This document shows positions 9,570-20,200 of a stretch of 64,000 bases of DNA, piece after piece. Location: assembly GCA_964632485.1 (NCBI GenBank), contig CAZWDO010000001.1, positions 357,631-421,630 on the forward strand. The letters are read 5' to 3'. A program made the position numbers and the translations under genes. Every line of letters begins with the position of its first letter. The stretch's first letter is position 1. This DNA comes from an uncultured bacterium (GTDB taxonomy: Bacteria; JAGOEH01). The notes under the pieces were generated by a model that was not told the DNA's origin, did no database searches, and saw only the letters and a program-made list of their open reading frames with translations.

Positions 9570-10421
9570 ATGACCGAATCCAAATTAATCCAAACGTACC
9601 ACATTGATGACAAGGAATTCATAGAATTAAAAAATCTAATATATGAACATACTGGCATTAACTTAAATGACCACAAAAAAGAATTGGTTGTATCACGGCT
9701 GAGTAAGCGACTACGCAGCCTGGAGCTCATTTCATTCAAGGAGTATTTGCATTATTTAAAAAACCGCGACGTTGATCAGCAGGAGCTCCACCAGATGATA
9801 AATCGTATCACAACCAATAAAACAGATTTTTATCGTGAAAACCATCATTTTGAATATATTATGAAGGAATATTTCCCCAAGTTAATTGCCCAACAACCCA
9901 GAGGGAAACTTGTTGTTTGGAGCGCAGGATGTTCATCGGGCGAAGAACCCTATACTCTCGCTATTGTATTGCAGGAGATATGCAGAGTCAATCCTCAATG
10001 GGATTATCACATTTTAGCTACCGACCTGGATACTGATATACTAACAAAAGCCTCCACTGGAATTTATCGTTCTTCCACAATCGCGCCGGTACCTGAAGAA
10101 CTACGTAAAAAATATTTTTCCCCTATCGAAAATGAAGGGGAGATGTTGTTTCAGGCCAAACCCGTCATTCGCGATAAAATCTCTTTTTATAAGCTTAATT
10201 TTAAACTTCCCGATTATAAAATCAAAACCCGTTTTGATTTTATTTTTTTCCGCAATGTTATGATATACTTTGATAATGATCTCAAAAACCATATACTGAC
10301 ACAATTCCACAATTTATTAAAAGAGAATGGATTAATTTTTATAGGCCATAGTGAGTCGTTGCTTTTTTACAAAGATAAGTTCCAATTTGTAAAAAACACG
10401 ATTTATCGAAAGGTATTATAA
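9570..10421 (+). CDS. cheR: chemotaxis methyltransferase CheR
   Basis: TTNKTDFYRENHHF, WSAGCSSGEEPYTLA, ATDLD, FFRNVMIYF, IGHSESL. Confidence 0.96.
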   Translation: MTESKLIQTYHIDDKEFIELKNLIYEHTGINLNDHKKELVVSRLSKRLRSLELISFKEYLHYLKNRDVDQQELHQMINRITTNKTDFYRENHHFEYIMKEYFPKLIAQQPRGKLVVWSAGCSSGEEPYTLAIVLQEICRVNPQWDYHILATDLDTDILTKASTGIYRSSTIAPVPEELRKKYFSPIENEGEMLFQAKPVIRDKISFYKLNFKLPDYKIKTRFDFIFFRNVMIYFDNDLKNHILTQFHNLLKENGLIFIGHSESLLFYKDKFQFVKNTIYRKVL

Positions 10422-11011
10422 TGTTTACTAAATTTGACAATAAATTTCAAAGAAAAATGACAATCATCAATCCCGGAGAATATTACGCCACAAACGATGA
10501 TGAAGTTATTGTAACCGTATTGGGGTCATGTGTTTCTGTTTGCCTTTTCGATCAGGGGAAAAGATTGGCAGGGATGAACCACTTTATGCTGGTAGGGGAT
10601 TTGCGCGATGAAGAGATATATATGAATCCCAATGCTCGTTATGGCATTTTTGCCATGGAGGTATTGTTCAATGAACTGATAAAGCGGGGCGGAAATAAAA
10701 AAAACTTTGCCTGTAAAGTTTTTGGGGGAGGCCATGTACTAAACTATAAAAAGAGCACGGGAAACGTTCCGGAAAACAATATCCGGTTTGTGCGTTCATT
10801 TTTAAAACTTGAAGGCGTTCCTATTCTGAGTGAAGACCTGGGGGGTTACAGTGGCCGGAAAATTATATTCTTTACTGATGATCAAAGGGTGTTGTTAAAG
10901 CGGCTGAAATCGACGGTGGATCCTGCTATAATCGCAGAAGAAGAATATGAACGAAAAATGTTGGATTCGAAAGCAAAAGAATTAAACGATCGCATGACTT
11001 TTTTTGATTAG
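10421..11011 (+). CDS. cheD: chemoreceptor glutamine deamidase CheD
   Basis: INPGEYY, TVLGSCVSVCL, GMNHFML, KVFGGG, SEDLGGYSGRKI. Confidence 0.95.
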   Translation: MFTKFDNKFQRKMTIINPGEYYATNDDEVIVTVLGSCVSVCLFDQGKRLAGMNHFMLVGDLRDEEIYMNPNARYGIFAMEVLFNELIKRGGNKKNFACKVFGGGHVLNYKKSTGNVPENNIRFVRSFLKLEGVPILSEDLGGYSGRKIIFFTDDQRVLLKRLKSTVDPAIIAEEEYERKMLDSKAKELNDRMTFFD

Positions 11012-11023
11012 GCAGGAAACCGC

Positions 11024-12082
11024 ATGAAAAAAATAACCGTTCTGATCATTGATGACTCGAGTTTGGTCCGGCAAATTCTACAGGAGATGCTCGCATCCCA
11101 CGAACAGATTGAAGTTGTCGGGACAGCAATGGATCCGTATCAAGCGAGGGATTTAGTTAAAAAATTTCGACCGGATGTGATTACCCTGGACGTCGAAATG
11201 CCTCGAATGGACGGCATTACATTTTTAGAAAAACTGATGAATGCCTACCCGACAGCGGTTGTAATGATCAGTTCCTTAACCGAAAAAAATACGGAAACAA
11301 CACTAAAAGCGCTGGCTTTAGGCGCTATTGATTTCATCGCTAAACCGAAATCGAATCTGATGATGGGAATGAACACTCTGAAAGAAGAAATCATCAACAA
11401 GGTTCTGGTAGCGGCGCAGGCTAAAATTCTCCCTCAAAAACGATTCTTTTTACCCGTAACTGAAAAAATTGATATCGACAGTTATCTGCAAGTTTCCGTA
11501 CCGACTAATTTTCCCAAGACTGCCCCGATAATTGTCATGGGAGCATCGACAGGGGGAACGGTAGCTTTGGAAACAATTTTACGCCAATTAAAACCCGATG
11601 CCCCACCTATTGCCATTGTTCAGCACATGCCGGAAAACTTCACAAAAGCTTTTGCCGATCGCGTGAATACAAATTGTCAAATTTTAGTAAAAGAAGCGGA
11701 AAATAATGAAAAAATGGAAGTTGGCAAAGCGCTGATTGCCCCGGGAAATCATCATTTATTGTTACAGCGAAGAGGTCAAAACTATTTTGTCGAAATAAAA
11801 GACGGCCCTCCTGTCAACCGCCATCGGCCCAGCGTAGATGTGCTCTTTAAATCTACGGCGTATTCTGCCGGACCCAATGCGATCGGAATTATCTTGACCG
11901 GAATGGGAGACGATGGCGCCAAGGGACTTTTAGAAATGTATCAAGCGCATGCTCTGACAATAGCTCAGGATGAAGCTTCCTGTGTTGTGTTCGGGATGCC
12001 CCGAGTTGCCATTGAGCTCCATGCCACGTCAAAAATCGCGCCTTTAACACATATTCCTTCCATCATTAACCAAATCAAATAA
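11024..12082 (+). CDS. cheB: chemotaxis response regulator / methylesterase CheB
   Basis: Receiver (IDDS, TLDVEMP) plus methylesterase triad motifs GASTGG, IVQHMP, LTGMGDDG. Confidence 0.97.
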   Translation: MKKITVLIIDDSSLVRQILQEMLASHEQIEVVGTAMDPYQARDLVKKFRPDVITLDVEMPRMDGITFLEKLMNAYPTAVVMISSLTEKNTETTLKALALGAIDFIAKPKSNLMMGMNTLKEEIINKVLVAAQAKILPQKRFFLPVTEKIDIDSYLQVSVPTNFPKTAPIIVMGASTGGTVALETILRQLKPDAPPIAIVQHMPENFTKAFADRVNTNCQILVKEAENNEKMEVGKALIAPGNHHLLLQRRGQNYFVEIKDGPPVNRHRPSVDVLFKSTAYSAGPNAIGIILTGMGDDGAKGLLEMYQAHALTIAQDEASCVVFGMPRVAIELHATSKIAPLTHIPSIINQIK

Positions 12083-12086
12083 TACC

Positions 12087-12992
12087 ATGAATATTTTACT
12101 TTATTCTAAAAATCACGCCTCATTCCTGCCTTTAATCGAAGCTGCTGCCAATTATGATCACACCATCATCGAATCCGGACAAATTGCCCAAGCTTCCTCT
12201 ATTTTTTTCGAAAACTTGACCCCCCTTGTCTTTTTTGATTATTCAACACATGACAGCGATGTATTAAAACTTCTGGATATATTTCAACAAAGTGAACGCG
12301 TTTTCTATGTCATTTTTTTTATCTCTGAATACAACCCACCTCTTGCGCTTCAACTGCTTCCCAAAAAAATCGATGCATTTCTATATATCCCCACTAATAT
12401 GGATGATAGTCTTAAAATTATTAAAGCAACGACTAATTTTAATCGGCTATCCGCTATCCAGGTCGATTTTCAACATTTATCCTATGAACATAAAAAAATT
12501 ATTATCGGGAACGATTTTCATGAACTCCACTCAATCATCCGCCAACTAACTATCAATCTTTCCAAAGTGTGTAAGAATCCTAAAAAAATTGAATTGGCCC
12601 TCTATGAAATAATCATTAATGCCATAGAACATGGTAATCTGGGTATCACGGCCGATGAAAAAAAACAATCGATTCAAAATGATAAATATTACCAACTGCT
12701 GAATGAACGAAAATTGATGGAAAAATTTAAAAAGCGTAAAGTTTACATAGAAACGACATTGAGTGACGATTATGTCGAGTACGTCATCGAAGATGAGGGC
12801 ATCGGGTTCGATTGGCGGAAAAAAACGAATAACCAGGAACCGATTGATCTGCTTAATGAACACGGCAGAGGAATCCTCATGGTAAGAAACATATTCGACA
12901 TTATTGAGTATAATGAAAAAGGGAATAAAGTCCGAATGATAAAGTTTTCTGATTTCCAAACATTTACCGCCAACCCGGAAAGCTTATCGTAA
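12087..12992 (+). CDS. degenerate receiver fused to an RsbW/SpoIIAB-like Ser kinase (HATPase_c_2) domain
   Basis: C-terminal LALYEIIINAIEHGN, VIEDEGIGFDW, HGRGILMVRNIFD, NEKGNKV. The N-terminal receiver fold lacks the acidic DD pair (MNILLYSK). Confidence 0.8.
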   Translation: MNILLYSKNHASFLPLIEAAANYDHTIIESGQIAQASSIFFENLTPLVFFDYSTHDSDVLKLLDIFQQSERVFYVIFFISEYNPPLALQLLPKKIDAFLYIPTNMDDSLKIIKATTNFNRLSAIQVDFQHLSYEHKKIIIGNDFHELHSIIRQLTINLSKVCKNPKKIELALYEIIINAIEHGNLGITADEKKQSIQNDKYYQLLNERKLMEKFKKRKVYIETTLSDDYVEYVIEDEGIGFDWRKKTNNQEPIDLLNEHGRGILMVRNIFDIIEYNEKGNKVRMIKFSDFQTFTANPESLS

Positions 12993-12993
12993 A

Positions 12994-14163
12994 ATGAACG
13001 AAAACAGTATCCTCATCGTCGATGATGAAATTATTAACCGGAAGGTGCTAATTTATGCTCTGCAACGCTTCAATTATCATTTTTTTGAAGCGGAAAACGG
13101 ATTGCAGGCAATCGAAATTATCAAAAACCATCTGGTCCATCTCATCATTCTGGATCTAATGATGCCTGAAATGGATGGATTTCAATTCATGGAATGGATC
13201 AAATTGCATACCGAATATCAAAATATTCCAATCATTGTCAATTCAGCCCTCTCAGATAATCAATATATTCAGAAATCCTTAACCTTTGGTAGTTATGACT
13301 ATTTTACAAAGCCGATCAAATCGGATGTACTACATTTACAATTGCCGTTAAAAGTAAAAAATGCCTTGAACTTTTATCAATTGCTCAATGAAGTAATGGA
13401 AAATCGCAACAAACTCCTACTTCAAAATGAATATCTAAGTAAAGAACTCAACCTGGCTTCCGAGTTGCAACGGACACTGATGCCACAACGGTTACCCGAA
13501 TGCGCAAAAATTGAACTCGCGCATGTCTATCAGCCCTCCACCCAATTGGGCGGGGATTTCTATGATATCGAACTTGAGAAAAATCTATACCAACTCATAA
13601 TTGCAGATGTATCCGGCCACGGAACTCCTGCCGCATTGCTCACTTCCGCTCTCAAATCCTATTTCAACACCTTTATCGAGGATTACCCGACACCCCCCGA
13701 ATTCTTGCAACATATCAGCCAAAATCTCTACCACTTGATGAAAAACACTGATTTTTATGTATCCGGACTGTTCGCGCAAATCGACCTTACTACGTTTACC
13801 ATGACCTTCTCAAATGCGGGCCACCACACACCGATTATTTACCATTGGCGTAATAACAGCTTCGAATCAATCCCCGCGCCCAGTTTTTTTCTCGGTATCG
13901 CTGAAGATACTATCTATGATTCCTATCAGGTCCAACTAGAATCAAATGATATTTTAGTATTCTTCACAGATGGGATTATTGAAGCTCGAAATGCGCAACG
14001 CAAGGAATTTGGAATTGATCAATTAAAACACGTTATTGCTAAAAATGCCCACGCCCATCCCAAAATAATCCTTACCTCAATTTTAAATCAGCTCTCCATA
14101 TTTCTGAATCATCAAAATCAACCCAATGACGACATCACCATTATCTGCCTGAAACTAAATTAA
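12994..14163 (+). CDS. receiver-coiled coil-PP2C (SpoIIE/RsbU-like) Ser phosphatase
   Basis: Receiver IVDDE / ILDLMMP / TKP. PP2C motifs LGGDFYD, IADVSGHG, NAGH, FTDGIIE, DDITII. Confidence 0.92.
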   Translation: MNENSILIVDDEIINRKVLIYALQRFNYHFFEAENGLQAIEIIKNHLVHLIILDLMMPEMDGFQFMEWIKLHTEYQNIPIIVNSALSDNQYIQKSLTFGSYDYFTKPIKSDVLHLQLPLKVKNALNFYQLLNEVMENRNKLLLQNEYLSKELNLASELQRTLMPQRLPECAKIELAHVYQPSTQLGGDFYDIELEKNLYQLIIADVSGHGTPAALLTSALKSYFNTFIEDYPTPPEFLQHISQNLYHLMKNTDFYVSGLFAQIDLTTFTMTFSNAGHHTPIIYHWRNNSFESIPAPSFFLGIAEDTIYDSYQVQLESNDILVFFTDGIIEARNAQRKEFGIDQLKHVIAKNAHAHPKIILTSILNQLSIFLNHQNQPNDDITIICLKLN

Positions 14164-14175
14164 AATTTCAGGCAG
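14145..14175. terminator. perfect 10-bp inverted repeat spanning two convergent stop codons (possible bidirectional terminator)
   Basis: CTGCCTGAAA(14145-14154), an 11-nt loop, then TTTCAGGCAG(14166-14175). No clean U-tract. Confidence 0.5.
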
Positions 14176-14269
14176 TGACTAAAACACTATAAAACACCAA
14201 ACCCCAAAACATCATACCAACAAACAGGTTGAACAGTGTTTGGTTATTGAGCTTTCGGCTGTGTCTCAT
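14168..14269 (-). CDS. small single-pass membrane protein, 33 aa (below the ORF-track cutoff)
   Basis: MRHSRKLNNQTLFNLFVGMMFWGLVFYSVLVTA*. AAGGAG Shine-Dalgarno 6 nt before the ATG, basic N-terminus then an uncharged hydrophobic stretch of about 22 residues, and an upstream sigma-54 motif. Confidence 0.65.
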   Translation of the reverse strand: MRHSRKLNNQTLFNLFVGMMFWGLVFYSVLVTA

Positions 14270-14307
14270 ACTGAACTCCTTTCGTTTACATTTTATGAAT
14301 TTAATAA

Positions 14308-14324
14308 TGCACTTTTTATGCCAA
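14308..14324 (-). promoter_or_regulatory. sigma-54 (-24/-12) promoter
   Basis: Minus strand TTGGCATAAAAAGTGCA has exact GG-N10-GC spacing and lies about 40 nt upstream of the small ORF. Confidence 0.65.
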
Positions 14325-14590
14325 TTTTTAACTTTATTGCGAATCCATGAATTTTTAGTCGGTTTTTATCTTTAATTAAGAGGTAATAATTCGATAACCA
14401 GTAAAAATCGTTCAATTCTGCATGGGCTAAAATCAATATTGAATCCATAGCCGATGAATCATGATTTTTCATAATAAATTAGAAGAGTTCAACACCCCCA
14501 TAAGCGCTTGGATTTAAGTATAACAGTAAAAATTTATTCGTTAAATATGTAAAAAATAGCCCAGTGAGTCGAAAAAATCTCAATTATTCC

Positions 14591-14619
14591 TTGACAAACC
14601 CACCATTTTTTTTTAAATA
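14591..14619 (+). promoter_or_regulatory. possible sigma-70 promoter of the cupin-transhydrogenase operon
   Basis: TTGACA(14591-14596)-N17-TAAATA. The -10 is imperfect. Confidence 0.45.
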
Positions 14620-14693
14620 TATGTCTGATTGCTATTTGCCCTGAGTGAGTCTTGAATAACACACTGAGTTTAGTTTAAAAAAGAGGAGGACCC

Positions 14694-14963
14694 ATGAACC
14701 CCATCCGGGTCATGAAAATCGCAGAGATTGAAAAGCAAACGCGAGGGATCAGTAAATGGCCTATATGGGAAAAGGAAATATCTACTTTCGACTGGTATTA
14801 TGACCAAGAGGAGCATTGTTTGATTTTATCCGGCCGCTGCACCGTAACAAGCGCCGAACAGCAAGTAGAAATTAAATCCGGAGATTATGTTATTTTTCCT
14901 AAAGGATTGCATTGCGCCTGGAAGATCATAGAACCAATACGTAAACACTATCAATTTTTATAA
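14694..14963 (+). CDS. cupin-domain protein (DUF861/Cupin_3-like)
   Basis: WPIWEKEISTFDWYYDQEEHCLILSG...GDYVIFPKG...WKIIEPIRKHY. Strong Shine-Dalgarno GAGGAGG. Confidence 0.85.
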   Translation: MNPIRVMKIAEIEKQTRGISKWPIWEKEISTFDWYYDQEEHCLILSGRCTVTSAEQQVEIKSGDYVIFPKGLHCAWKIIEPIRKHYQFL

Positions 14964-14967
14964 AAGG

Positions 14968-15465
14968 ATGGGATCGATGGAACAAGGTCAGCGAGAAAAT
15001 CCCGATCAGGGGAAATGGCGGGAAATGGAACGTTTTTTGAAACAATTACCGACTCTGGAAGGGATGACGATTCCCATCCTGCAAAAAGTTCAAGAACTGT
15101 ACGGATTTTTACCCAAAGAAATTTTACGGCGCGTTGCAAAAAAAACAGGTACGCCCGGCTCTCAACTTTATGGAGTGGCAACTTTTTATGCCCAGTTCCG
15201 ATTTACTCCGATCGGACGTAATATGATTAAAGTATGCCATGGAACGGCCTGTCATGTATCTGGCGCGGAAATGATTTCCGATGCGATTATGACTCACTTA
15301 AAAATCAAGGAAGATGAGACTACTGCTGATTTAAAATATACGTTTACAAAGGTGGCTTGCCTGGGATGTTGCTCACTGGCCCCGGTCATGATGATCAATA
15401 ATGATACTTTTGGACGGTTGAATCCGGACAAAGTAAAAAAAATACTTGATGAATATTCGGATTGA
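14968..15465 (+). CDS. NuoE/HydC-like [2Fe-2S] subunit (StnA-like) of a bifurcating complex
   Basis: YGVATFYAQF, VCHGTACHV, ACLGCCSLAPVM. Confidence 0.9.
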   Translation: MGSMEQGQRENPDQGKWREMERFLKQLPTLEGMTIPILQKVQELYGFLPKEILRRVAKKTGTPGSQLYGVATFYAQFRFTPIGRNMIKVCHGTACHVSGAEMISDAIMTHLKIKEDETTADLKYTFTKVACLGCCSLAPVMMINNDTFGRLNPDKVKKILDEYSD

Positions 15466-15478
15466 AGGAGCAGACATT

Positions 15479-17254
15479 ATGGAAAAATATCGATTATTGG
15501 TCGGTTTGGGCAGTTGTGGAATTGCCGCAGGCGCGCAAACCATCTATGATAATCTGAAAAACTATCTAAAACAAACCCCGCAACCCTTATTTACATTAGA
15601 TACAACCGGTTGTTTGGGAATGTGCTATAAGGAACCGTTAGTGAATGTAATCGATCCTCAGGGCCATGAATTTGTATATGGTGAAGTGGATCAAAAAAAA
15701 GTAGATCAAATTTTAAAAGAGCATATTCAGAATCATTCGCCTATCAGAGAATGGCTTGTCAAAGCAGATGAGCCGACATCCGAAGAATCCTATTATATCA
15801 ACCAGGTGAAGATAGTTCTGGAAAACTCCGGGAGGATCAATCCGGAACGCATTGAAGAGTATTTGGCGTATGAAGGGTATAGCGCGCTTCGCAAGGTATT
15901 AGAGGAAAACAACCCGAGAAAAATAATTGATACCATTAAGGAATCAGGGCTTCGAGGTCGGGGAGGCGGCGGATTTCCGACCGGATTGAAATGGGAATTT
16001 GCCTTTAATGCTACCGGCGCCAAAAAATATATTATTTGCAATGGAGATGAAGGTGATCCGGGCGCATTCATGGATCGGAGCGTAATGGAAAGCGATCCTC
16101 ATCGTCTATTGGAGGGGATGACAATCGCCGCTTTGGCGATTGGCGCTAATGAAGGTTATATTTATGTTCGGGCGGAATATCCTCTGGCAATCAAAAATTT
16201 AAGGCGAGCAATCGCGCAGGCAGAAGATCATCGATTTGTCGGCAACCAGATATTAGGCACGCCTTTTTGTTTCAACCTTCATATCAAAGAAGGAGCGGGC
16301 GCTTTTGTATGTGGTGAGGAAACTGCATTAATGGCTAGTATCGAAGGCAAACGCGGAATGCCGCGTTTCCGGCCCCCATTCCCCGCTCAGGCCGGATTGT
16401 GGGGATATCCTACGAATATCAATAACGTCGAGACCTATGCCAATATTCCATGGATCATCCGCCAGGGGGCGGCAGCTTTTCGCAGCCACGGCACTGAAAA
16501 AAGCCCCGGCACAAAAGTATTCGCCCTGGCCGGAAAGATTAAGCGGGGAGGGTTGATTGAAGTATCAATGGGTATTCCGCTACGCGACATCATCTATAAA
16601 ATTGGTGGGGGAATCAAGGACGGTAAAGCATTTAAAGCCGTACAACTGGGCGGCCCTTCCGGGGGTTGTATTCCGGCCGCGCTGGCCGATACGATCATCG
16701 ACTACGATTCAGTCAATGCAACCGGCGCCATAATGGGTTCCGGAGGGATGATTGTTATGGATGAGACGACCTGCATGATTGATATTGCCCGTTTTTTCCT
16801 GCGATTTACGCAAAACGAATCGTGCGGGAAATGCACTTTTTGCCGCGTCGGTACCCGCAGGATGCTCGAAATTCTGGACCGTATTAGTTCCGGCGAAGGG
16901 AAGGAAGATGATATTCCTTTATTGGAAGAACTTGCCTATAGCATTAAAAAAGCATCGCTATGTGGATTGGGCCAGACAGCCCCGAATCCGGTTCTAACAA
17001 CACTAAAATATTTTAAAGAAGAATACCTGCAGCATATCCGAGACAAAAAATGCCCGGCGGGAGTTTGCAAAGCCCTCATTGAGTACAAAATCGATGAGGC
17101 AGGATGTATCGGCTGCACTCTTTGCGCGCGGAATTGCCCGGTCAATGCCATTAGTGGTAAGCCTAAAGGCAAGCATGTGATTGATCCCTCGGTCTGCACA
17201 CGATGCGGTATATGTAAACAAAAATGTCCCGTTAATGCGATATACGTGATTTAA
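15479..17254 (+). CDS. HydB/NuoF-like FMN/NADH subunit (StnB-like)
   Basis: N-terminal thioredoxin-like 2Fe-2S (SCG...TGCLGMC), GLRGRGGGGFPTG, CNGDEGDPGAFMDRS, ESCGKCTFCR, HIRDKKCPAGVC, and two C-terminal 4Fe-4S motifs. Start placed at ATG 15479 after AAGGAG. Confidence 0.92.
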   Translation: MEKYRLLVGLGSCGIAAGAQTIYDNLKNYLKQTPQPLFTLDTTGCLGMCYKEPLVNVIDPQGHEFVYGEVDQKKVDQILKEHIQNHSPIREWLVKADEPTSEESYYINQVKIVLENSGRINPERIEEYLAYEGYSALRKVLEENNPRKIIDTIKESGLRGRGGGGFPTGLKWEFAFNATGAKKYIICNGDEGDPGAFMDRSVMESDPHRLLEGMTIAALAIGANEGYIYVRAEYPLAIKNLRRAIAQAEDHRFVGNQILGTPFCFNLHIKEGAGAFVCGEETALMASIEGKRGMPRFRPPFPAQAGLWGYPTNINNVETYANIPWIIRQGAAAFRSHGTEKSPGTKVFALAGKIKRGGLIEVSMGIPLRDIIYKIGGGIKDGKAFKAVQLGGPSGGCIPAALADTIIDYDSVNATGAIMGSGGMIVMDETTCMIDIARFFLRFTQNESCGKCTFCRVGTRRMLEILDRISSGEGKEDDIPLLEELAYSIKKASLCGLGQTAPNPVLTTLKYFKEEYLQHIRDKKCPAGVCKALIEYKIDEAGCIGCTLCARNCPVNAISGKPKGKHVIDPSVCTRCGICKQKCPVNAIYVI

Positions 17255-17269
17255 ATAAAGGAGTCTGGA

Positions 17270-20200
17270 ATGCCTGAAACCAATATATTTATCAATAACC
17301 GGGAAGTACAAGCGCCGGCGGGTATCACTATTTTGGAAGCAGCGCGTTTGCAGGGGATTCATATTCCAACCCTCTGCCACGATTCGCGATTGTCCCCATT
17401 CGGTTCTTGTTTCGTATGTATTGTAGAAGTGGAAGGCGCGCGGGCATTTCAACCGGCGTGCTCTACTAAAATTGCTCCAGGAATGAAAATCCAAACCCAT
17501 TCCGAAGCGATCCAACGCACACGCCAAATGGCTTTATCCTTACTTCTTTCCAACCATTATGCCGACTGTAAAGCGCCTTGCACTCTGGCGTGTCCGGCGG
17601 GAGTGGATATCCAGGGATATTTGGCCCATATTGCCAATNNNNNNNNNNCTTGCATTGATCAAGGAAACCAACCCCTTTCCTCTATCAATCGGCCGAGTTT
17701 GCACTCGCCCCTGCGAAAGCAAATGCCGTCGGGGCATTTTTGATGATCCTCTCGCCATTGATTATTTGAAACGATTTGTAGCTGACTGGGACCTGTCCTC
17801 AGACGATCCCTACCGTCCAGTCCAAAAAGCGGATCGCGGGAAAAAAATTGCGATCATCGGCGCCGGTCCCGGAGGGTTGACGGCAGCCTTTTATCTTAGG
17901 TGTGAAGGATATAAACCTGCAGTTTTTGAAAAAACCGAATATCCCGGAGGAATGCTGCGCTGGGGAATTCCGGAATATCGATTACCAAAAAAAATTCTGG
18001 ATGCGGAAGTTGAATTAATTACCCGTCTCGGAGTTGCAATTCACTATAACCATGAACTGGGCCGGGATTTCACGCTCACGACACTGAAAGAACAGGGTTA
18101 TGAAGCGATTCTGTTAGCTATCGGCGCCCAGGGTGGAATGCCAATGCAAGTCTCTGGAGAAACTTTGCCAGGAGTGGTTATCGGTGTTGATTTTCTCCAT
18201 CAGGTAGCCGCTGGGAAAATAGAAACAATTGGGCGGCGCGTGGTCGTTGTGGGTGGTGGAAATACGGCAATGGATGCCGCCCGCACTGCCCTAAGATTAA
18301 AAGCAAAAGAGGTCACCATTCTTTATCGCCGTACTCGCGATGAAATGCCGGCGAATGCTATTGAAATAGATGAAGCCATGGAGGAAGGTATCCATTTTGA
18401 ATATTTAGCCGCCCCCATCGCTCTGCTGGGCGACCAACGGGTGGAAAAAATCCGTTGTATTCGCATGCAACTTGGAGAACCTGACAAATCAGGCCGACGC
18501 CGCCCAGTTCCTATCGCCGGTTCGGAATTTGAATTAGCCGTCGATAATATTATCGCAGCAATCGGCCAAAATGTGGACCTGGAATGCCTTAAAGATGAGA
18601 CACTCTTGCCTGAGATCAGCCGATGGAATACCTTTGTAGTGGATGAGAGCACAATGGCCACTACTATCCCCGGGATTTTTGCCGTAGGCGATGCCGTTAC
18701 CGGCCCCCAGGCCGCCATTGATGCTATTGCCGGCGGAGGACGCGCCGCTAAAGCCATTCATCACTGGCTTGAAACTGGACAAATGCCTCAGACACGAAAA
18801 GAATTTATTGTCAAAAAAGAGGATTTTCGATCCCAGACCCGGGAAGATTTCATCGAATATAAGCCAACTCCCCGGCCCATAATGCCCACCCTCAAACCAG
18901 ATCAACGCATTAAAAATTTCAAGGAAATCGAATTGGGGTATTCCGAAAAAAAAGCGGTGGAAGAGGCCAAACGCTGTATGGAATGCGGGTGCAAAGACCT
19001 CTTTGAATGCCGTCTGAAATACTATGCCGAAGAATATAGCGCCAATGGAACCCTCTTCGCCGGCAGCTTTAAGCAACTTGACCCCGATGATTCCCATCCC
19101 TTCATCCGTGTTGAACCCAACAAATGTATTAATTGCGGTCGATGCGTCCGAATTTGCGCTGAGGTCCAGAATATTTTTGCCTGGGGTTTTGTGAAACGAG
19201 GATTCGATGCAGTGATCCAACCCACTTTTCAGGACCCGTTAGTAAAAACCAAATGTGAATCCTGCGGTCAATGTATCCAGTCCTGCCCTACCGGCGCGCT
19301 GACCGAAAAAAATCCCCATCGGATGAAACCCGGCCCTTTTTGTGAAACGACCCTCTCTTCTCTTTGCCTCAATTGCAGTACTGGCTGCGAGACCGTTATC
19401 CATCAAAACGCAGGACAGGTAGAGCGAATTACTGGAAAAGAAAACGACCTGGATTGCCAAAATCTCTGTTTCCGAGGACGATTTGGTTATTTTTCCATTC
19501 CTGCCAACAAATTCCTCAACCAACCTTTACGTAAAACCAGCTCCGGCCTGTTGGAAACCATTTCCAGCGATCAAGCCTGGCAAGAATTAAAACACCGGTT
19601 GAACAACAGCCAAAATCCACTGATTGTTTGTGGAGAATTCCTGCCCATGGAAGCCTTTCAAGAATTACAGAATGCCGGGTTCCCGCTTTTTTCCTTTAAC
19701 CAGCCTAATTACCAGACTTCCATACAAACTTTAGTGGAATTTAACTTGAAGGATTATTCTGGGTGTTCTTGCGATCATTGGAATGAAGCCGACACATTTA
19801 TTATTATTAATAACGGGTATGAAGAAGAGAACCCGGTTTTTATGTTGGAACTCCTCAGACTTAGCGGGCAAGGGAAACAGGTGATCCATATAGGTAAAAA
19901 AGCTGACTCTAAACTTCAACCTTATCTTCACAAGCAGATAGTTGCCTTAAGCGAAAATCCGGAAATACTTTTCACAGAATTGCTGATATCCGCACAGGAG
20001 GTATCTGCGGATATTATGGAGAAATCCGGATCAGAAACATCTCTAAAACGCTTGAGGAACCTACTCGCGCTCAGCCGCAAAATGATTATTATCTCCAATC
20101 TGCAATTTGAGGTAACGAATCGGAAAGTGTCTGAATTTATTGCTAAAACGATTAAATCTCCAGACAAATGCAGGTTATTGCTTATGGGAGGGCATTCAAA

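Noticed and set aside
17639-17648. Apparent frameshift or pseudogene in the large oxidoreductase subunit
   Set aside because: It coincides with a placeholder N run. The flanks read YLAHIAN...LALIKETNP, consistent with only a few missing codons.
18534-19220. 228-aa antisense ORF (also 17003..17527, 18323..18757, 28899..29372, 57309..57773, 61450..61872)
   Set aside because: They lie opposite well-supported genes, have no motifs, and are explained by codon bias.
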